From Raja brachyura (lineage: Eukaryota), in assembly GCA_963514005.1 (NCBI GenBank), contig OY740786.1, forward strand, positions 21,080,001 to 21,144,000: 64,000 nucleotides of DNA, in the 5' to 3' direction. Below, one piece after another: positions 22,238 through 36,500 of this stretch; the stretch's first letter is position 1; each line of letters starts with the position of its first letter. The notes under the pieces are model-generated. The model was not told the DNA's origin, made no database searches, and was given only the letters and a program-made list of their open reading frames with translations. The translations under genes and the position numbers were made by a program.

Positions 22238-23711
22238 AGGCCACTGTAACCTGTTAGAGAATCACTGTCATCTTCTTCAGTGAATGACCTTTAGCTCATC
22301 ATGCCTGTGCTGTCTCCATTCAGTCCACTGATCCACTTTTACCTTATTAGATCAGCAGTGTCATTCCAGATCTGAAAAGCCCACTCTTCAAAGGTTTTTC
22401 CCTTACTCTTCCTACTTTCAGAGAATTAGTTTGTCAGTAATTCATATGTGCATTTGTCAAACGTCAAACTCTATTGAAATTATGTTTGATGCAAAATCCA
22501 AGTTGAATTGATCCAAAATATCTGGACTACTGGAACAATTTTCCTTTTGACTTTCAAATGTATACGGAGGAGGAGTTTATGGAATCAACCCCTGCCTGGA
22601 GTTCACAAAATAACAGAGCATTGATCATCTAAAGCAAAAAACAAACTGATGGAGGAACTCAGCGGACTAGATAGCATCTGTGGATCGGGTCAGGACACTT
22701 TCTGAGACTTTGTTTGCTTTCAGCGTGAAGAAGATTTTACCAAATTAAATCGGAAATGTACTTCATTAACTGCACCTTCAGAGTCCATGCCTTTTCCGTT
22801 GTTTCTGGATGAAATGAAGAGAAACATTGGAACAATGAGACAGGCTGAATAGAGTGGTTGGTGAAGAGATTTGGGGCATTGTTGGCTTCTCAATATTGGT
22901 TAGTATCCCAATGTGTGCCATGTTCTATTTATGTTAGGGGGCACTCTTCGCTTTTGCCTGTCTGCTTGGAAAAGCCATTATTGTAGAAAAATATCCTGGT
23001 TTAATTTCCAGCATCCCACCATCATAATGAAAATCCTTCAGTGAACCTAGAATCTATAAGAAGACAGTGGGGATTTGATTCTCATTCAATTTAAATGTTG
23101 TTCTTTTGACCAATTCTTAGTTATTTCCTGATCAGAGTATAAATTGTGTGTCAATGGACTTGACATTGAGCACAGAAATGGCCCATTTAACACAACTGAT
23201 CCCTATTTATTGCTCCACACAAACCCATAACAACCCTATTTAATTTCACCATCTCCACACATTCTTTCTTCCCACGTGTGCATTTAGTTTCCTCCTTGAA
23301 TACTATTTGCCTCAATTGTTCCCTGTGGTACTGAAATACATTATGAATGGAACTGCTTTGCAATATGTGATTTCAATCTAATGTAGCTGCCAATAACCCA
23401 GACTCTGACCAATTCGCCATGAATAGTCTGGCACTGAGTTCTCTGGACAATCTTGGTTGAGTTTGCCATTGGACAATTTTTTGGCAAGACTTTTTGTGAG
23501 TCTGACCATGGTAGTATGTCTGCACTTGCTGCAGATTTCTGTACATCAGATTTACAACATGGCCAAGTCAGAATGGATGAGGACTTGCAGTAAATTTATT
23601 TTCTTTGTCCTCTGTACAATGTTAAGAGTCTTACAATGGGAATAGTGATTGTATTCCCAATATCATTAAGATTCTGGTGAAGGCTGATTATATTGATTCT
23701 TGAAACTCGGA

Positions 23712-24330
23712 GTGATACAGTGTGGAAACAGGCTCTTCGGCCCAACTTGCCCACACTGGCCAACATGGCCCAGCTACACTGGTCCCACCTGCCAGCAATT
23801 GGTTAATATCCCTCTAAACCTGTCCTATCCATGTAGTTGTCTAACTGTTTCTTGAATGTTGGGATAGTCCCTGCCTCAGCTATCTCCTCTGGCAGCTTGT
23901 TCCGTACATCCACCACCCTTTGTGTGAAAAAAGCTACCCCTCAGATTCTTATTAGATCTTTTCCTCTTCACCTTAATCCTGTGTCTCGTCCTCGACTCGC
24001 CTACTATGGGCAAGAGACTCTGTCTACCCTATCTATTCCTCTCATGATCTTATACACCTCTATAAGATCACCCCTCATCCTCCTGCGCTCCAAGGAAAAC
24101 AGTCCCAGCCTACTCAACCTCTGCCTACAGCTCAGATTCTCTAGTCGTGGCAACATCCTTGTAAATCTTCTCTGTATCCTTTCCAACTTGACAACATCTT
24201 TCCTATAACACGGTGCCCAGAATGGAACACAATGTTGTCTGACCGACATCTTATACAACTGCAACAAGACCTCCCAACTTCTATACTCAATACTCTGACT
24301 TATGAAAGCCAATGTGCCAAAAGCCTTTTT
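23712..24330 (-). mobile_element. CR1 3' fragment
   Basis: Minus ORF MAFISQSIEYRSWEVLLQLYK...LERIQRRFTRMLP...LFSLERRRMRGDLIEVYKIMRG. Confidence 0.88.
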
Positions 24331-25662
24331 GGTGTGGGAAGTCTAAAAATCCCATTTTGAAGTAACTTAAAGTGGATTGCTCTCACGGTGCTGGAACCAA
24401 GCATAATTAGCCAAATGGTTGCTCCCTTTGTTGTCAACTTGTGCATTTCTGTAGCATCTTTCATGATCTCAAGATGTGAAGTGCTTCCGTGAAGAATTTT
24501 CGAAGTGAAGTACTTTTTATAATGTATAAAATGCAACATCCTGTCTACATCAGTAGATCATAAATTTCAAATTGCTAATGACCTGATAAAAGGTGATATT
24601 TATTAAAGATTAAATGTTGGCCATGAAGTAGGCAAGAATTTTCCTAATCCAAATTGTGGCCTTTTGACTTTACATCCATCTAAGAAGATACTTTTGGAAT
24701 TCGATTTCATGTCTCATCTGAAAGGAAGACCTACAGATCATTCTGTCAGTTCAGTTTCGGAGCACTGGCCTGGATATTTTTCGACTCATTTTGATTGTGA
24801 CTTGAAGCCGCAGCTTTCTGAATCGACCACTACCTGCCATGCCAAGCTGATGTTAAAGAGTGTGGCGAGGGAAGGAGAGTGTACTTTGTTGCTGGGAGAT
24901 AGGATGAATAGGTAGGAGAAGTTTAATGGGGAACTGGGAAATGATTTGGTTCCATTGTTCAGTATTTGATTTCAAATCAAATTGTGCAAGTGTCTCTTGG
25001 CACGTGTCATTGCCTTCATGAAACACTGACATATGTTCTCTTTCTTTGCCTGCATTATAACGTTAGCAGGATTAACAATGAAGCCACCTCCGTGTGAAAG
25101 GTCTTGCCAATCATACTTTATTTTGTTCAAAGACCTTATTGTTTATTTTCTGAATTAGCATTAGTCATGGCATAACGGATTTCGATCATAACCAGCGAAA
25201 GTCTTCAAGTTAGTTGCAAGTTAATTGACTAATATGGTCACTGTTAGTTAAGTGTCCGTGATCAAGGTTGAAGATGCCATTGAGTATGGCTTCTTCAGTT
25301 GCCAGAGGTTGTCTCTTAAACTATTAAAAGTGTTCTGTCAATCACGTAGAGGTGGTTTTCAAAAGAAAATAAGCTATTTTTAAGGAACGGTTAAAATGTG
25401 AGCTGTGACATTACTGGGGTTAGATGGTTTAATGCAGAGGTCATTTATGGCAAGGTTTTCACTTAGTTCACCTACGGTGTGGTGTTGCTTTGACCAGATT
25501 GAAAATGAAGTGTTGGTATTTAAAACAACACTCTACTGATTAACTGTACAAGTCCATGACACTGTATTACTTCCATTGTTAGATTTGCTAGAGTTATACA
25601 ATCATTGCATTGTGATTTCACTTAATAAAATGATTATTTACATTATCCATTTCTTTTTGTAG

Positions 25663-25848
<186 letters not shown>

Positions 25849-25849
25849 T

Positions 25850-26800
25850 AGCTCCTAGTGTCTGATCCGCTATTTGATCAGATCATGGCTGATCCAAGCT
25901 TTTACCTTAATACTTTCCTGTCTAATCCCAATCTCCCTTAATTCCCCTGAAGTCATAAGAACCATTTATCCTAAGATTTAAATGTACTTAAACTCAACAT
26001 CCACAATCTTTTGGAATAGAGAATTCCAAAGATTCATGGCCCTATGAAAAAAGAACTTACTCTTAGTTCTACGCTCCTCGACCGAGGTAACGTCTTCACA
26101 GCCCCCTCAGAATCTCCATTTTGTGTCTCATTGTTATAAATGCATATGAGTATCGCCCCACGAGTATTGCCCTTTTCTCATAGAAACCGAAAATAAGTGC
26201 AGGAGTAGGGTATTCGGCCCTTCGAGCCAGCACTGCCATTCACTATGATTATCTAAAATCAGTTCCCCGTTCCTGCTTTTCCCCATATCCCTTGATTTCT
26301 TTAGCCCTAGGAGCTAAATCTAACTCTCTCTTGAAAATATCCAGTGAATTGGCCTCTGTCTTCTGTGACAGAGAATTCCACAGATTCATAACTCTGTGGG
26401 TGAAAAAGCTTTTCGTGGCTAAATCGAGCCAGCACCGATTTAGATGATCATATTGAATCTGGACTTCCCCGGAACAAATTTCCTGCATCTATAAGATCCC
26501 CTCTCATCCGTCTCAATTCCAGCGAATATAAACCCAGTCAATCCTTTCTTTCATCATCTGTCAGTCCCACTATCCCGAGAATTAACCGGGTGAACCTACG
26601 TTGCACTCCTTCAATAGCAAGAATGTCCTTCCTCAAATTAGGAGACCAAAACTACACATAATACTCCAGGTGTGGTCTCACCAGGGCCATGCGCAACTGC
26701 AGTAGGACCTCCTTGCTCCTATACTCAAATCCTCTGAAGGCCAACTTGCCATTTGTTTTCTTCACTGCCTGCTGTACCTGCATGCTTATGTTCAGTTTTC
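25850..26800 (-). mobile_element. CR1 fragments
   Basis: FFTHRVMNLWNSL motif and CR1 3' UTR copies. Confidence 0.75.
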
Positions 26801-27753
26801 TTTCTCACAGGGCATCTCCCATGCACCAACAGGTCTATGAACTGAATTTCTATACTTCCATCCAGAATGGATATCTTAATTCTCCACATTATTCCCCACC
26901 TATTTGCCTGCTCATTGAATATGTTTCTATCCCTTTAGCAAATGTATGGCAATACCACCACCAGCAAGTTCCCTTCCAAGTCGAACAAGATCCTAACTTG
27001 AAAATGTTTTGCTATTCCTTCATGGTCGTTGGATTTAAATCCTGGATCTTCCCAGCCAATGATACTGAACATGCAGTCACCAGAAGGATAGCAACTGTAC
27101 CAGAAGAGGGGTCACAACCACCCCAGGAGCATTTAGGAATGGACAATTAAATGCTGGTCTTGTCGGCGTTGCCCTTATCCTGCAAATTATTAAAGAATTT
27201 TCTCGACTTCCCTGCCTATCTTCGAATCATCGGCAAACTTGGATTAATTATACTCTGTCTTTAAGTTGTTAAAATGACTTGCAAAGTACATGAACCCAGC
27301 AATGATCTCTGAGGCACTGACTGGTTACAGTGTACAATTGGAAAATTATCCATATACCCCATCTCTGTATATCCCAATCCTATATTCATCCTAATGTTAA
27401 CCTCAATCCTTGTTCTGTAACCTTTTATAGAGCACCTAATGCCTTTAGGAAAGGTAGCACACTTCTATTTGGTAATAGAGCTATACATCAGTCCCTTTGG
27501 CTCAACTCGTGTATGCCGACACGCATGGCCAAACATTTCCTGTCTATATACCTCTCCCAGTGCTTTTAAAGGTCATAATTGTATCCGTGTCTTTCACTTC
27601 CTCGAGCAGTCAGTTCCATGTACGCTCCACTCTGTGTCCAAAGGTTGCCTCTCGAGTCCCTTTTATATCTGTCCTCTCTCATCTTAAACATATGCCCTCC
27701 AATTTTAAAATCCCCAATCCTGAGGAAAAGGCAAGGTCTACTCACCCTACCTT

Positions 27754-28280
27754 TAGATTTTTAGATTTAGATTTAGATTTTATTACTTGTCATTCGAACC
27801 TCAGAGAGGCTCAAATGAAACTCCGTTTCTACAGCCATACAAACAAAACAATTCCTACACGACACACAAACAATTCAATTTACAGAAAACGTCCATCACA
27901 GTGAATGTCGTCCTCACTGTGAAGGAAGGCAAAGTCTTTTCTCTCCCCAACACCATTTCTGTCCCGATGTTGAAGCCCCAGGCAGGCGATGTTAAGTCCC
28001 ACGGCCATTGAGGCCGCGCCGGGCGATGTACGACCCTGCTCCAGGCCCAAAAGTCACAAGTTGGAGCCCGCGGCGGGCGCTGGAATGTCCCGCGGCCATT
28101 AAAGCCGCACCGGACGATGTACAGCCCCGCTCCAGGTCGTTCCAACCCCGCGACAAGGGCGGGAGAAGTTGCGTTGCGGGACCTCCGGAAAGCGGTCCCT
28201 CACCCGGACCTGCGAGCTCCCGATATCCCGACAGTCCACCGGTCTGCAGCTGGAGCTCCGGAGTTGGGCCGCAGCAGCGA
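27754..28280 (-). mobile_element. GC-rich non-coding element with a (TCTAAA)n tail, inserted in a CR1
   Basis: (TTTAGA)n tail, internal hairpin CATCACAGTGA...TCACTGTGAAG; related to 48246-48985. Confidence 0.55.
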
Positions 28281-31200
28281 GCTATTGCTCTCATGATTTT
28301 ATATTCTTGCTATTGAGGGAGTGCAGCGTAGGTTCACTAGGTTAATTCCCGGGATGGGGGGACTGTCATATGATGAAAGAATGGAACGACTGGCTTGTAT
28401 CCACTGGAATTTAGAAGGATAAGAGGGGATCTTATAGAAACATATAAAGTTATTGAGTGATTATGGGGAGAAGACAGGCACGGGTTATTGATAGGGGACG
28501 ATCAGCCATGATCACAATGAATGGCGGTGCTGGCTTGAAGGGCCGAATGGCCTCTTCCTGCACCTATTTTCTATGTTTATATATCTCTGTTTACCTCTCA
28601 GCCTGATCTTGAGAGAAAAATATCCTAGCCTGTCCAGCTGCTCATTATAACTCAAACCCTTATGTGGCAGTAACATACTTATAAATGATTTTTTGCATCC
28701 TTTCCAGTTTAATGACTTCATTCCTATGGTAGGGTGAGCAGAACTACTACTCAGGACTACAATTGTTAGCATGCTAAGGTCTTGTACGGCTACTTTACCT
28801 ATCCTGCTGATTACTTCCCCTAAGAACTTTAACTAATTTCCCCATCAGGAAATCATATTGGATGCCTGGTCAAATTATACTTTTCGACAATAATGAATTC
28901 CAACATTTTCCTAGTGAGTGACTTTTAGTTTGCGTGTCTGTTCAGTTTCTTTCCTCTCTTGATTAGCAGCTTTTACCCTGCTGGAAACCTTTTAGAATTT
29001 GGGGGAATTTTGGTGTATCACAGCCAATTCATCCACAGTCCTCACAGCGACCTTTTTTGGAATTCTGGAAGTTAGATATTATTTATGCTGCTTTCACTCT
29101 GAAGATGGATTCAAAACATTTGGTTTACATTGCTGCTATATTTTTTTATTCTCCAATTCACTGTTTATTGAGATGTAAGGCTTTTCTCTCAATCTTTCAG
29201 TAGGCCATGCTTGGATTCATTTTTCATTAAATATTTATTTCTCAGTAAAATGTTTATTCATTGAAAGTGATAAAGCATTTTGTTTGCTAAATGTTTGTTA
29301 CTGATTATCCACTGTCATACCTCCTGATCTGGTTTCCTATTTTTACAGCCAATTTGACCCTATAATTCCTCTAATTCTCTTTATTTACAATTAAGACCCT
29401 AGTTTAGACGTCTGTTTTTCTTCAACTCGGTGTGAAATTCATAGTGTTATGATCACTTCCCTGGAGAATCCTGTACAAGATCACTAATTAATCCATTTTC
29501 TGTTGCATACGTCTGGATGTAAAGCAGGCTGTTTCCCAGTTGGGTATGACTCACAGTATTGTTCTAGGAAATTGACTCAAATGCTTTCTCTGAACATGTA
29601 CTTGAGACTAACTTGCCCAATTTAGGTTATCCAATCCGCATGAAAGATTCAAGTCGTCCAAAGTCATTGTAATACTTTTGCTGGCTGCCACTTTGATTTC
29701 TCGATTGATATTCTGTCCAGAAGCAAATATTTGTAGATTAATTTGGGTTTTCATTCACCATAATTGCAAATTTGTTTAGCCAACTCATCTGTTGCAACAA
29801 CCTTAACAACATGTGGCATTGCTGCTGTAAATCAGTTCAAATGTTGGTTGTTTTAGAGAGTGTGCTTTGCACTTGGTATCTATCAATGAAGTCAACCAAA
29901 GGACACTGCAAGACTTGCAAAAGGCAATGGGAATGTGACCCTAAGGGGTCTCTGAAGCAGCAACCTTTTCAACATGTTTAAAAATGGGAACTCTTTGCAG
30001 TTAAGTGTAAACTGCAGTTTTATGCTTTAATGAGTTTCAAATCCAGATCTCCCTGTCTTCGTGAAATTTCTGTGATTGCTCTAGTCACGTTCTTACGGCT
30101 CTCTGGATATATGACTCGGTTTGCATCACTGTGTTTGCTTTCAAATGTCATGATCTTTATTCATTGCAAAATAATTTTAAATGGCAGTCAACTTTACATA
30201 CAGCCACAAAGAGCTATTAGCTTAAAAATGCATGACCTTTATAATACATTTAATTGAATTTATGGATTTTATTCTGAACCATTTACTGTAAGTAGGACAG
30301 ACGTTTCTTGTAGATTCCCAGCAGAATAATTTGTGGAGTTCATCCCAACCCCCTGCACAGTACATGACTCAATGCTATATTTAGTAATGGTTTTGAATGC
30401 TTGCTGCAGAGCATTGGGATTGAGCCATATGTTTGGACGGTTTCCAATATATTGTCCAATGAGGACCCTACAAAAGATAGCATATTCTATTGCCATGATT
30501 AATGAGGGATTTTTTATTAAAGAAGGTGAATTTATACACGCCTGCTCCACAGATATCCTGAACTATTTACAATCAGTGTAAATCACTGTTTTGTGGCTAA
30601 ATACCGCAGCCAGTGTGTGCACAGCAAAATCTCTCAGCAGTGAGATAAATAACCAGCTAATCTGTTTTGACGATGTTGGGCAAATGTCCAGATGTAAAGG
30701 ATGATCTTTTTATTTTGCTTGGTTGTCATAAAATGTAGAACTTCTGACTGAGTGTCAGTTGAAAGACTCATCCCTAACATTGCACTCAGTTTATAGTAAC
30801 ATGATAGGGGTGTAACTAACCCCTTAATGGTCTGTTCTGCCATTTGATGAGGTATAGGCTGATCCATCACTTGGATAGTATATGCATTTTCCAGATATCC
30901 CCAAGTATGTTTAGTTTACCAAATTTATCTATCGTAGGTTATTTGGCCCGGCATCAATTGCTGTTTCCAAAATGAGTTCAGTGTTTCTTCTCTCATCTCT
31001 GTGAACAAGTGTTATCTTTTTACACTCTTGCAAAAACCTAGCTTTATTTGTTTTCAGATTCTCTACATTTTACCTGCATTTTCCTATAATACCTTAAATC
31101 TCAATCAAACTATTCTAAAATCTGGTAAATACAATCTTCGTATGGGAAATCCATTTTGATTTTCAACCCTAGATATCATCCTTGTAAGTATATTTAGTAT

Positions 31201-32842
31201 TTGCCCAAGGATCCCTCAGTATTGCCGAGAAATGGCAGCTGTGTTTTGGAGGCAATACTGATTCCCAACATCCACACTTTCTAATTCCTGTGCCACAACT
31301 GAGATGTGATTGAATTATTTCTGCACCAATGACAGAATTTCCATTTACATTGTTTAAACTTTGAGATTGTATTTTACTTGGCTAAGATTGATAGCATTTG
31401 ATATGTTCCAGGCCTCTCACTGCTGCATTAGAGTGAAGAATATTGTATTCTTATTTGTAGGGCATAGGGATTTGTGCATGTGTGCGCAGTCGACAATCCC
31501 AGCAGTTTACAGAATCATTGTGAGCCACCAATATGCCATTTGACATTGTCTTTTGCCTTCTTGAATATCTTTGGAAGTATGAACAAAAAGGGAACAGATG
31601 CTTTAATTTTGTGGCTGAGATGTTTCCTCACATATGGTATTGCTTAGGTCTTGTTCTATATATAGTGTGGCAGGTCAGATCGCTAATCTGTCAATTTAGT
31701 TTCCAGGAGAGAAGAATAAACAGCAACGCTACTGGTGACTAATGGGGAAAATATGTTTTCCAGACTTTCATAAACTTTGAAATCGAAACCGGACTGTCTT
31801 CCTTTCTAAATTCATGGAAAATTTTCTCTCAGAGATCTTGTTTTGGCAGCTGAATTAAAGTTTGGGTTGAATTTACGCTTGGCAGAATGCTAACCAGTCT
31901 TCATAACGCAGAGTTGCAATTAAGGCCATGTGTAATGGAGTCATTCCAAGTGGTGACTTAATGGAGATTTTGAAAATAAAGAGATTTTAATGCAGAAAAA
32001 TCCGGATGTTGCATGGAAAGGAGGGCTATATTAATTAAGTGGTGATTGGATAAGCTACATTTAATCTCTCAAAAATGTAGGAGACTGAGGGTTGAACATT
32101 GTAGAGGTTCATAAAATTATAGATACTGGTCAGAATCATAGATTCTGCATAGAGCATAGATACTGGTCAGAATCTTTCTTCCTGGTCGGGAATGTCTGGT
32201 ACTACAGGGCTCAGGTTTATGTTGAAAGGGGAGGATTGAAAGGAGACCTGCAGAGATGTTTTTTTACAGGGTAGGGTTGAGATATCATATGTACCAGGAA
32301 CAAACCAATGAAATTCCTGCTTACTGCAGCTACAGGAATATTAAATGCAACAACTCATCAAATATATATACAATATACTATCAATTATTCTAAGTAGATC
32401 AGATCACGATAGCACATCAAAATACATAGTTTAATCTTAGTAGTGCAAAATCCCTAAAGTTCAGTGAGGGTAGGCTTGTGCATGGTGGTTTAAAAGTCTG
32501 ATGGCTGTTAGGAAGAAGCAGTTTTTGAACTTAGCGGTTATGGTACCACCTAGCCGATAGTGGCAGCAAGATGATAGCATGGCCTGGAAGGTGTGGGACT
32601 TTGATATTAGCTGCTTCCTTGATCCCTTCGATGATCATGAGGTGATGAACCTGGCAAAGCCCACCACTTTGCAGCCTCCTCTCTTCTTCAATATTTGAAT
32701 TACTGAACCAGTTAATATATTCTCCATCCGACACCTATAGACGTTTGATTGCTAAATCTCCTCAAACGTCTGAGGAAGTAGAAATGTTGGTGGTTGATGG
32801 CCATCACATGCTGGGTCCAGGACAGATCATCAGCTTTGGGGA

Positions 32843-32921
32843 CACAAAAGGCTGGAGAAACTCAGCGGGTGCAGCAGCATCTAAGGAGCAAAGGAGATAG
32901 GCGACGTTTCGGGTCGAGACC
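32843..32921 (-). mobile_element. Truncated hammerhead-bearing element with 12-bp target-site duplication
   Basis: CAGCTTTGGGGA at 32831-32842 and 32922-32933 flanks CACAAAAGGCTGGAGAAACTCAGCGGG...GACGTTTCGGGTCGAGACC. Confidence 0.75.
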
Positions 32922-33468
32922 CAGCTTTGGGGAATTGGATTCACTCTTAAATGCACTCAGAACAGGCATGACAAGGTATTCAGTTGTGCAATTACTGCTA
33001 TATTAAAACCAAATACACTGGAGGAACCACCTGGTGTCAACTGATGCAATGATTTTGGATACAACCAAGTCACTCCCAACTCAGCCAACGTTGTCAGATC
33101 CTCCCTGCAAGCATCTGCGGATTGTTGTAAATTGAGAGTGCAATCTATCTGGCAAATGCATCTGTCTGTAGTGGAGTATTTTGTGGAGACAAGACCCATC
33201 TTCACGTTGAGGGCCTCCTCACCTGTGACACTACTGTCATGCTAAATGGGATAGAAAATAGAAGAAGTAATTAATGAGTGACTGGACCAACAGCGACAGC
33301 AAAAATTACAGCATCAAAATCCGTAACGTTGTCGCCTGGTATATACTCACTGGTTCAAGGAACAGTACAGGCGGAGGTATTGCATTAGACTTCATACACA
33401 GATTCACTGACTCCAGGAAGTGGTATTCTGATCCATACAATGATATACTTTGCTTTTCATCGTTGCAG

Positions 33469-33560
33469 GATGTTGTAGGTGAGACCCCTGTCCACAAAGC
33501 AGCGCGATCGGGAAGTTTGGATTGCCTTAATGTCCTTGTCACGCATGGGGCTACAACAGA
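33469..33560 (+). CDS. ANKRD10: ANKRD10 coding exon 3
   Basis: TTTTCATCGTTGCAG acceptor; DVVGETPVHKAARSGSLDCLNVLVTHGATT; AGA|GTAAGT donor; 92 nt, ends in phase 2. Confidence 0.95.
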
Positions 33561-36500
33561 GTAAGTAAACATTTTGGCACCTCTTATATAATAGTAAGTT
33601 GTAAACACTCAATGGGTGATGGGTATGGCACCCTTAAAGGAACTGTATGCTTTAAATTTGACCCAAAAGATTTTAACTTAAATAATTTTCTAAAATACTT
33701 ACCCGTCGCATTTTTGAATATCGAGGTCCATCATTTCAATAACAATAGACAATAGGTGCAGGAGTAGGCCATTCGGCCCTTCGAGCCAGCACTGCCATTC
33801 AACATTTTTTAGTGTACTAAATCCCTTCTAGCCAGTCAGATTTTACACCTGTTAGATTTAGAGTTGTTTAAAAACACCTGGACAATACCAATTAATAAGT
33901 CTTTAATCACCCCACCACTCCTCCAAAGTAAATCTTTGTGGATTAATTAAGATATAAGGGGCGTAGTTGTTCCAATCCACACCCTGGGCGAGAGCTGTGC
34001 CCATAAGGCACGAGCCAGATAATTGTAGACTGGCTCCCAAAAATGTCTTGACGGCATGTTGGGGGTGGGGAATGTGCCTGCAATTTCTTCAGGCACATTT
34101 GTAGTGGGTAAGTCCTTACATTTAGGAAATTAGTTCTTTAATTGTAGCATAAAGCTCCTTTAAACTATGTGACGCCAAATGAGATAAACTTGTTTTGCTG
34201 GTAATTCATTAAACATTTATGGAGGGTTAAAACAATTATATTTATCTAGGTTTCCATTAATGATTCAAAATTCAAAATTCATTTTGTATGTCCATAATTT
34301 TCCAACAAATCAAAATTCTAGATGTTTAACTAAGGCCAAAGAGGAATTAATGTGCCATTCAGTAGTCACTGTCCTTTATAGACCTGATATAGACCTGTCC
34401 TTTAGTCCTGATTGATTGGCACACTTAACATAAAATTATAAAATTGATCAACCCCAAAAATTACAGGATTGATTCCCTTTAAACAAAAAAATTGCTCCCA
34501 GTGTGTTGAAAATTTTTTTTTTTTTACTAAATGTTGATACCTTTCTGCAAAGTAGTTTAGTTTCCATTGGCTATTGGCCAATGTGTATTGGCTGTTGGCC
34601 CTTATTGAATGATTTCTTTAATGGGATTTTACTCCTTTTGCAAGAAATGTTGCCTCTCCATTTTCTTGAATTGTAGCTTACATTAAACATTCTGTGCCCT
34701 GGCTTGCTTTGCAGGGCATGCTCACTTTGACCAAGCTTGCCAACTTTTAGATCTTCCCTTTGAATGTGATAATGTACAAACTATTCAAAACTTGCAACGG
34801 TAACACCCTAATGCAGGTTTTATCCCATACGTTAATGTCTAGACCTGACCATTAATTTAGCCATTTATCTAATTTTTTCTTTAATTTCTCTAGGAAACCC
34901 TCTCCCCACGTAATCTGTACTCCACTCCCACCCAATAAAACAAAGGGTATCAATGAGCAGAATGCTGTCAGATAGAGTTAACAATTCATATTCTTCTACT
35001 TACACACTGGGAACATGGATCAGGAATTTGGCCTTGAGGTCAATGGACCCTGATCATTAATTTAAAAATTTGCCTGCACCCCAAGTAATCTCTCCCTGTA
35101 TATGAAGGTCAGGAACCTTAATTTATATTTGAAAGGAAATCTTTTTATATATGACATATTTCACTGAACATATATCTGAATTGTCTTGCTATTGATGCAT
35201 CCTTAAGAGGCATCGTAACCCTCAATTTGAGTTTTAAAACAGACAGAAACAATATCTTTGGGTCTCGTGTGCACGAATGTCAAGCTTGATCTCAGACACG
35301 TTCTTCAGGAACTTTCCAACTGGATTTTCGTTAAAGTTAATATACGTTCCTTCAAAGCCACGGTCCCGTTCAACTGGAAGCGATGACCCGCATAAGTAGT
35401 GCCTAATGATTTTAGTCAACAGATCGTTTGGATTTACGCTGAGTTCCCAAGTGAGTTCCACAATTACTTAAGTAAGACCTGCGCGGTGGAATTGATCAGT
35501 AGCACATCTATTGAGTTAATTTAACTCCCTAAGCACCATCCTGAAGTTGTGTCTTTCTTTGTTTAATTATTTAGTGTCTTTAATTAAAAGCGGCTCAAAT
35601 ACAATGGCATATTAAACTGCATTTTAACAAGGTTACTAACTGATAATTGCACAAAGTTTACATTTAAATCTTGAACAAATTCCATAACTTTAACAGTATA
35701 TTTCCTGACCAAGTGCTGTTAAACCTTTTTGGATTTTATTTGATATTCTTCATACTCAGTTGAAGATTTTGTAGACTGGAATCCAAAATTTCCTTGGCTT
35801 TTTGCTGTTACCACTCGCTCCCACTCCATTTTTTCAATGATTTTGTGCACTCTGAAGCCTGACATCAAATCTATTGCGTATTTTCAATCTTTGGGTGTGT
35901 TTAAAATTGTCATGTTTCACCTAGTCATCCATTAATATTACATGTTACCACCCGTTTAGTCAACACAAGCTTCATATCAAAACCAGCATTGACAGTGATT
36001 ACTTTCCAATTAACTATTTCATAAAAACATTGAAAGCAAAGGTAATTTGCAGGTATTTTGCTTATTTTGGGCTGGCTGCTCTTACACCTAGCTATTTGCA
36101 ACAGAGCCTGTCATAAGAATATTGAATAGATTAATGTCCCAAATTCTGTGGAAGACACTTGCTGTCTTAAGTGAAAAAACTGGGAGAATCAAAAAATGAC
36201 ATGCAGCAATGTTTTTGGTAATAACCCCTCTTTGTAAATGTGGTTCCTGAAAAATAAGTTGCCTAACATTACCTGCTGCTCTGTATCCTGGCCTTTGAAG
36301 TTATAGTGATAAAATGTTTTCATAGAAATCCTTAAATTATTTGTCGGCATCACTTCTAGCAGTTAAAGTTCAAAGGAAGCGTGGGAAATTGTGAACAGAA
36401 TTTAGACGTGAAATACACAATATTAACTGGAAGTTATGGAGTTCAATGAGAATTGTCAGTGGAACCTCTTCATTCACAATATTGCCTCAATTAAGGCATA

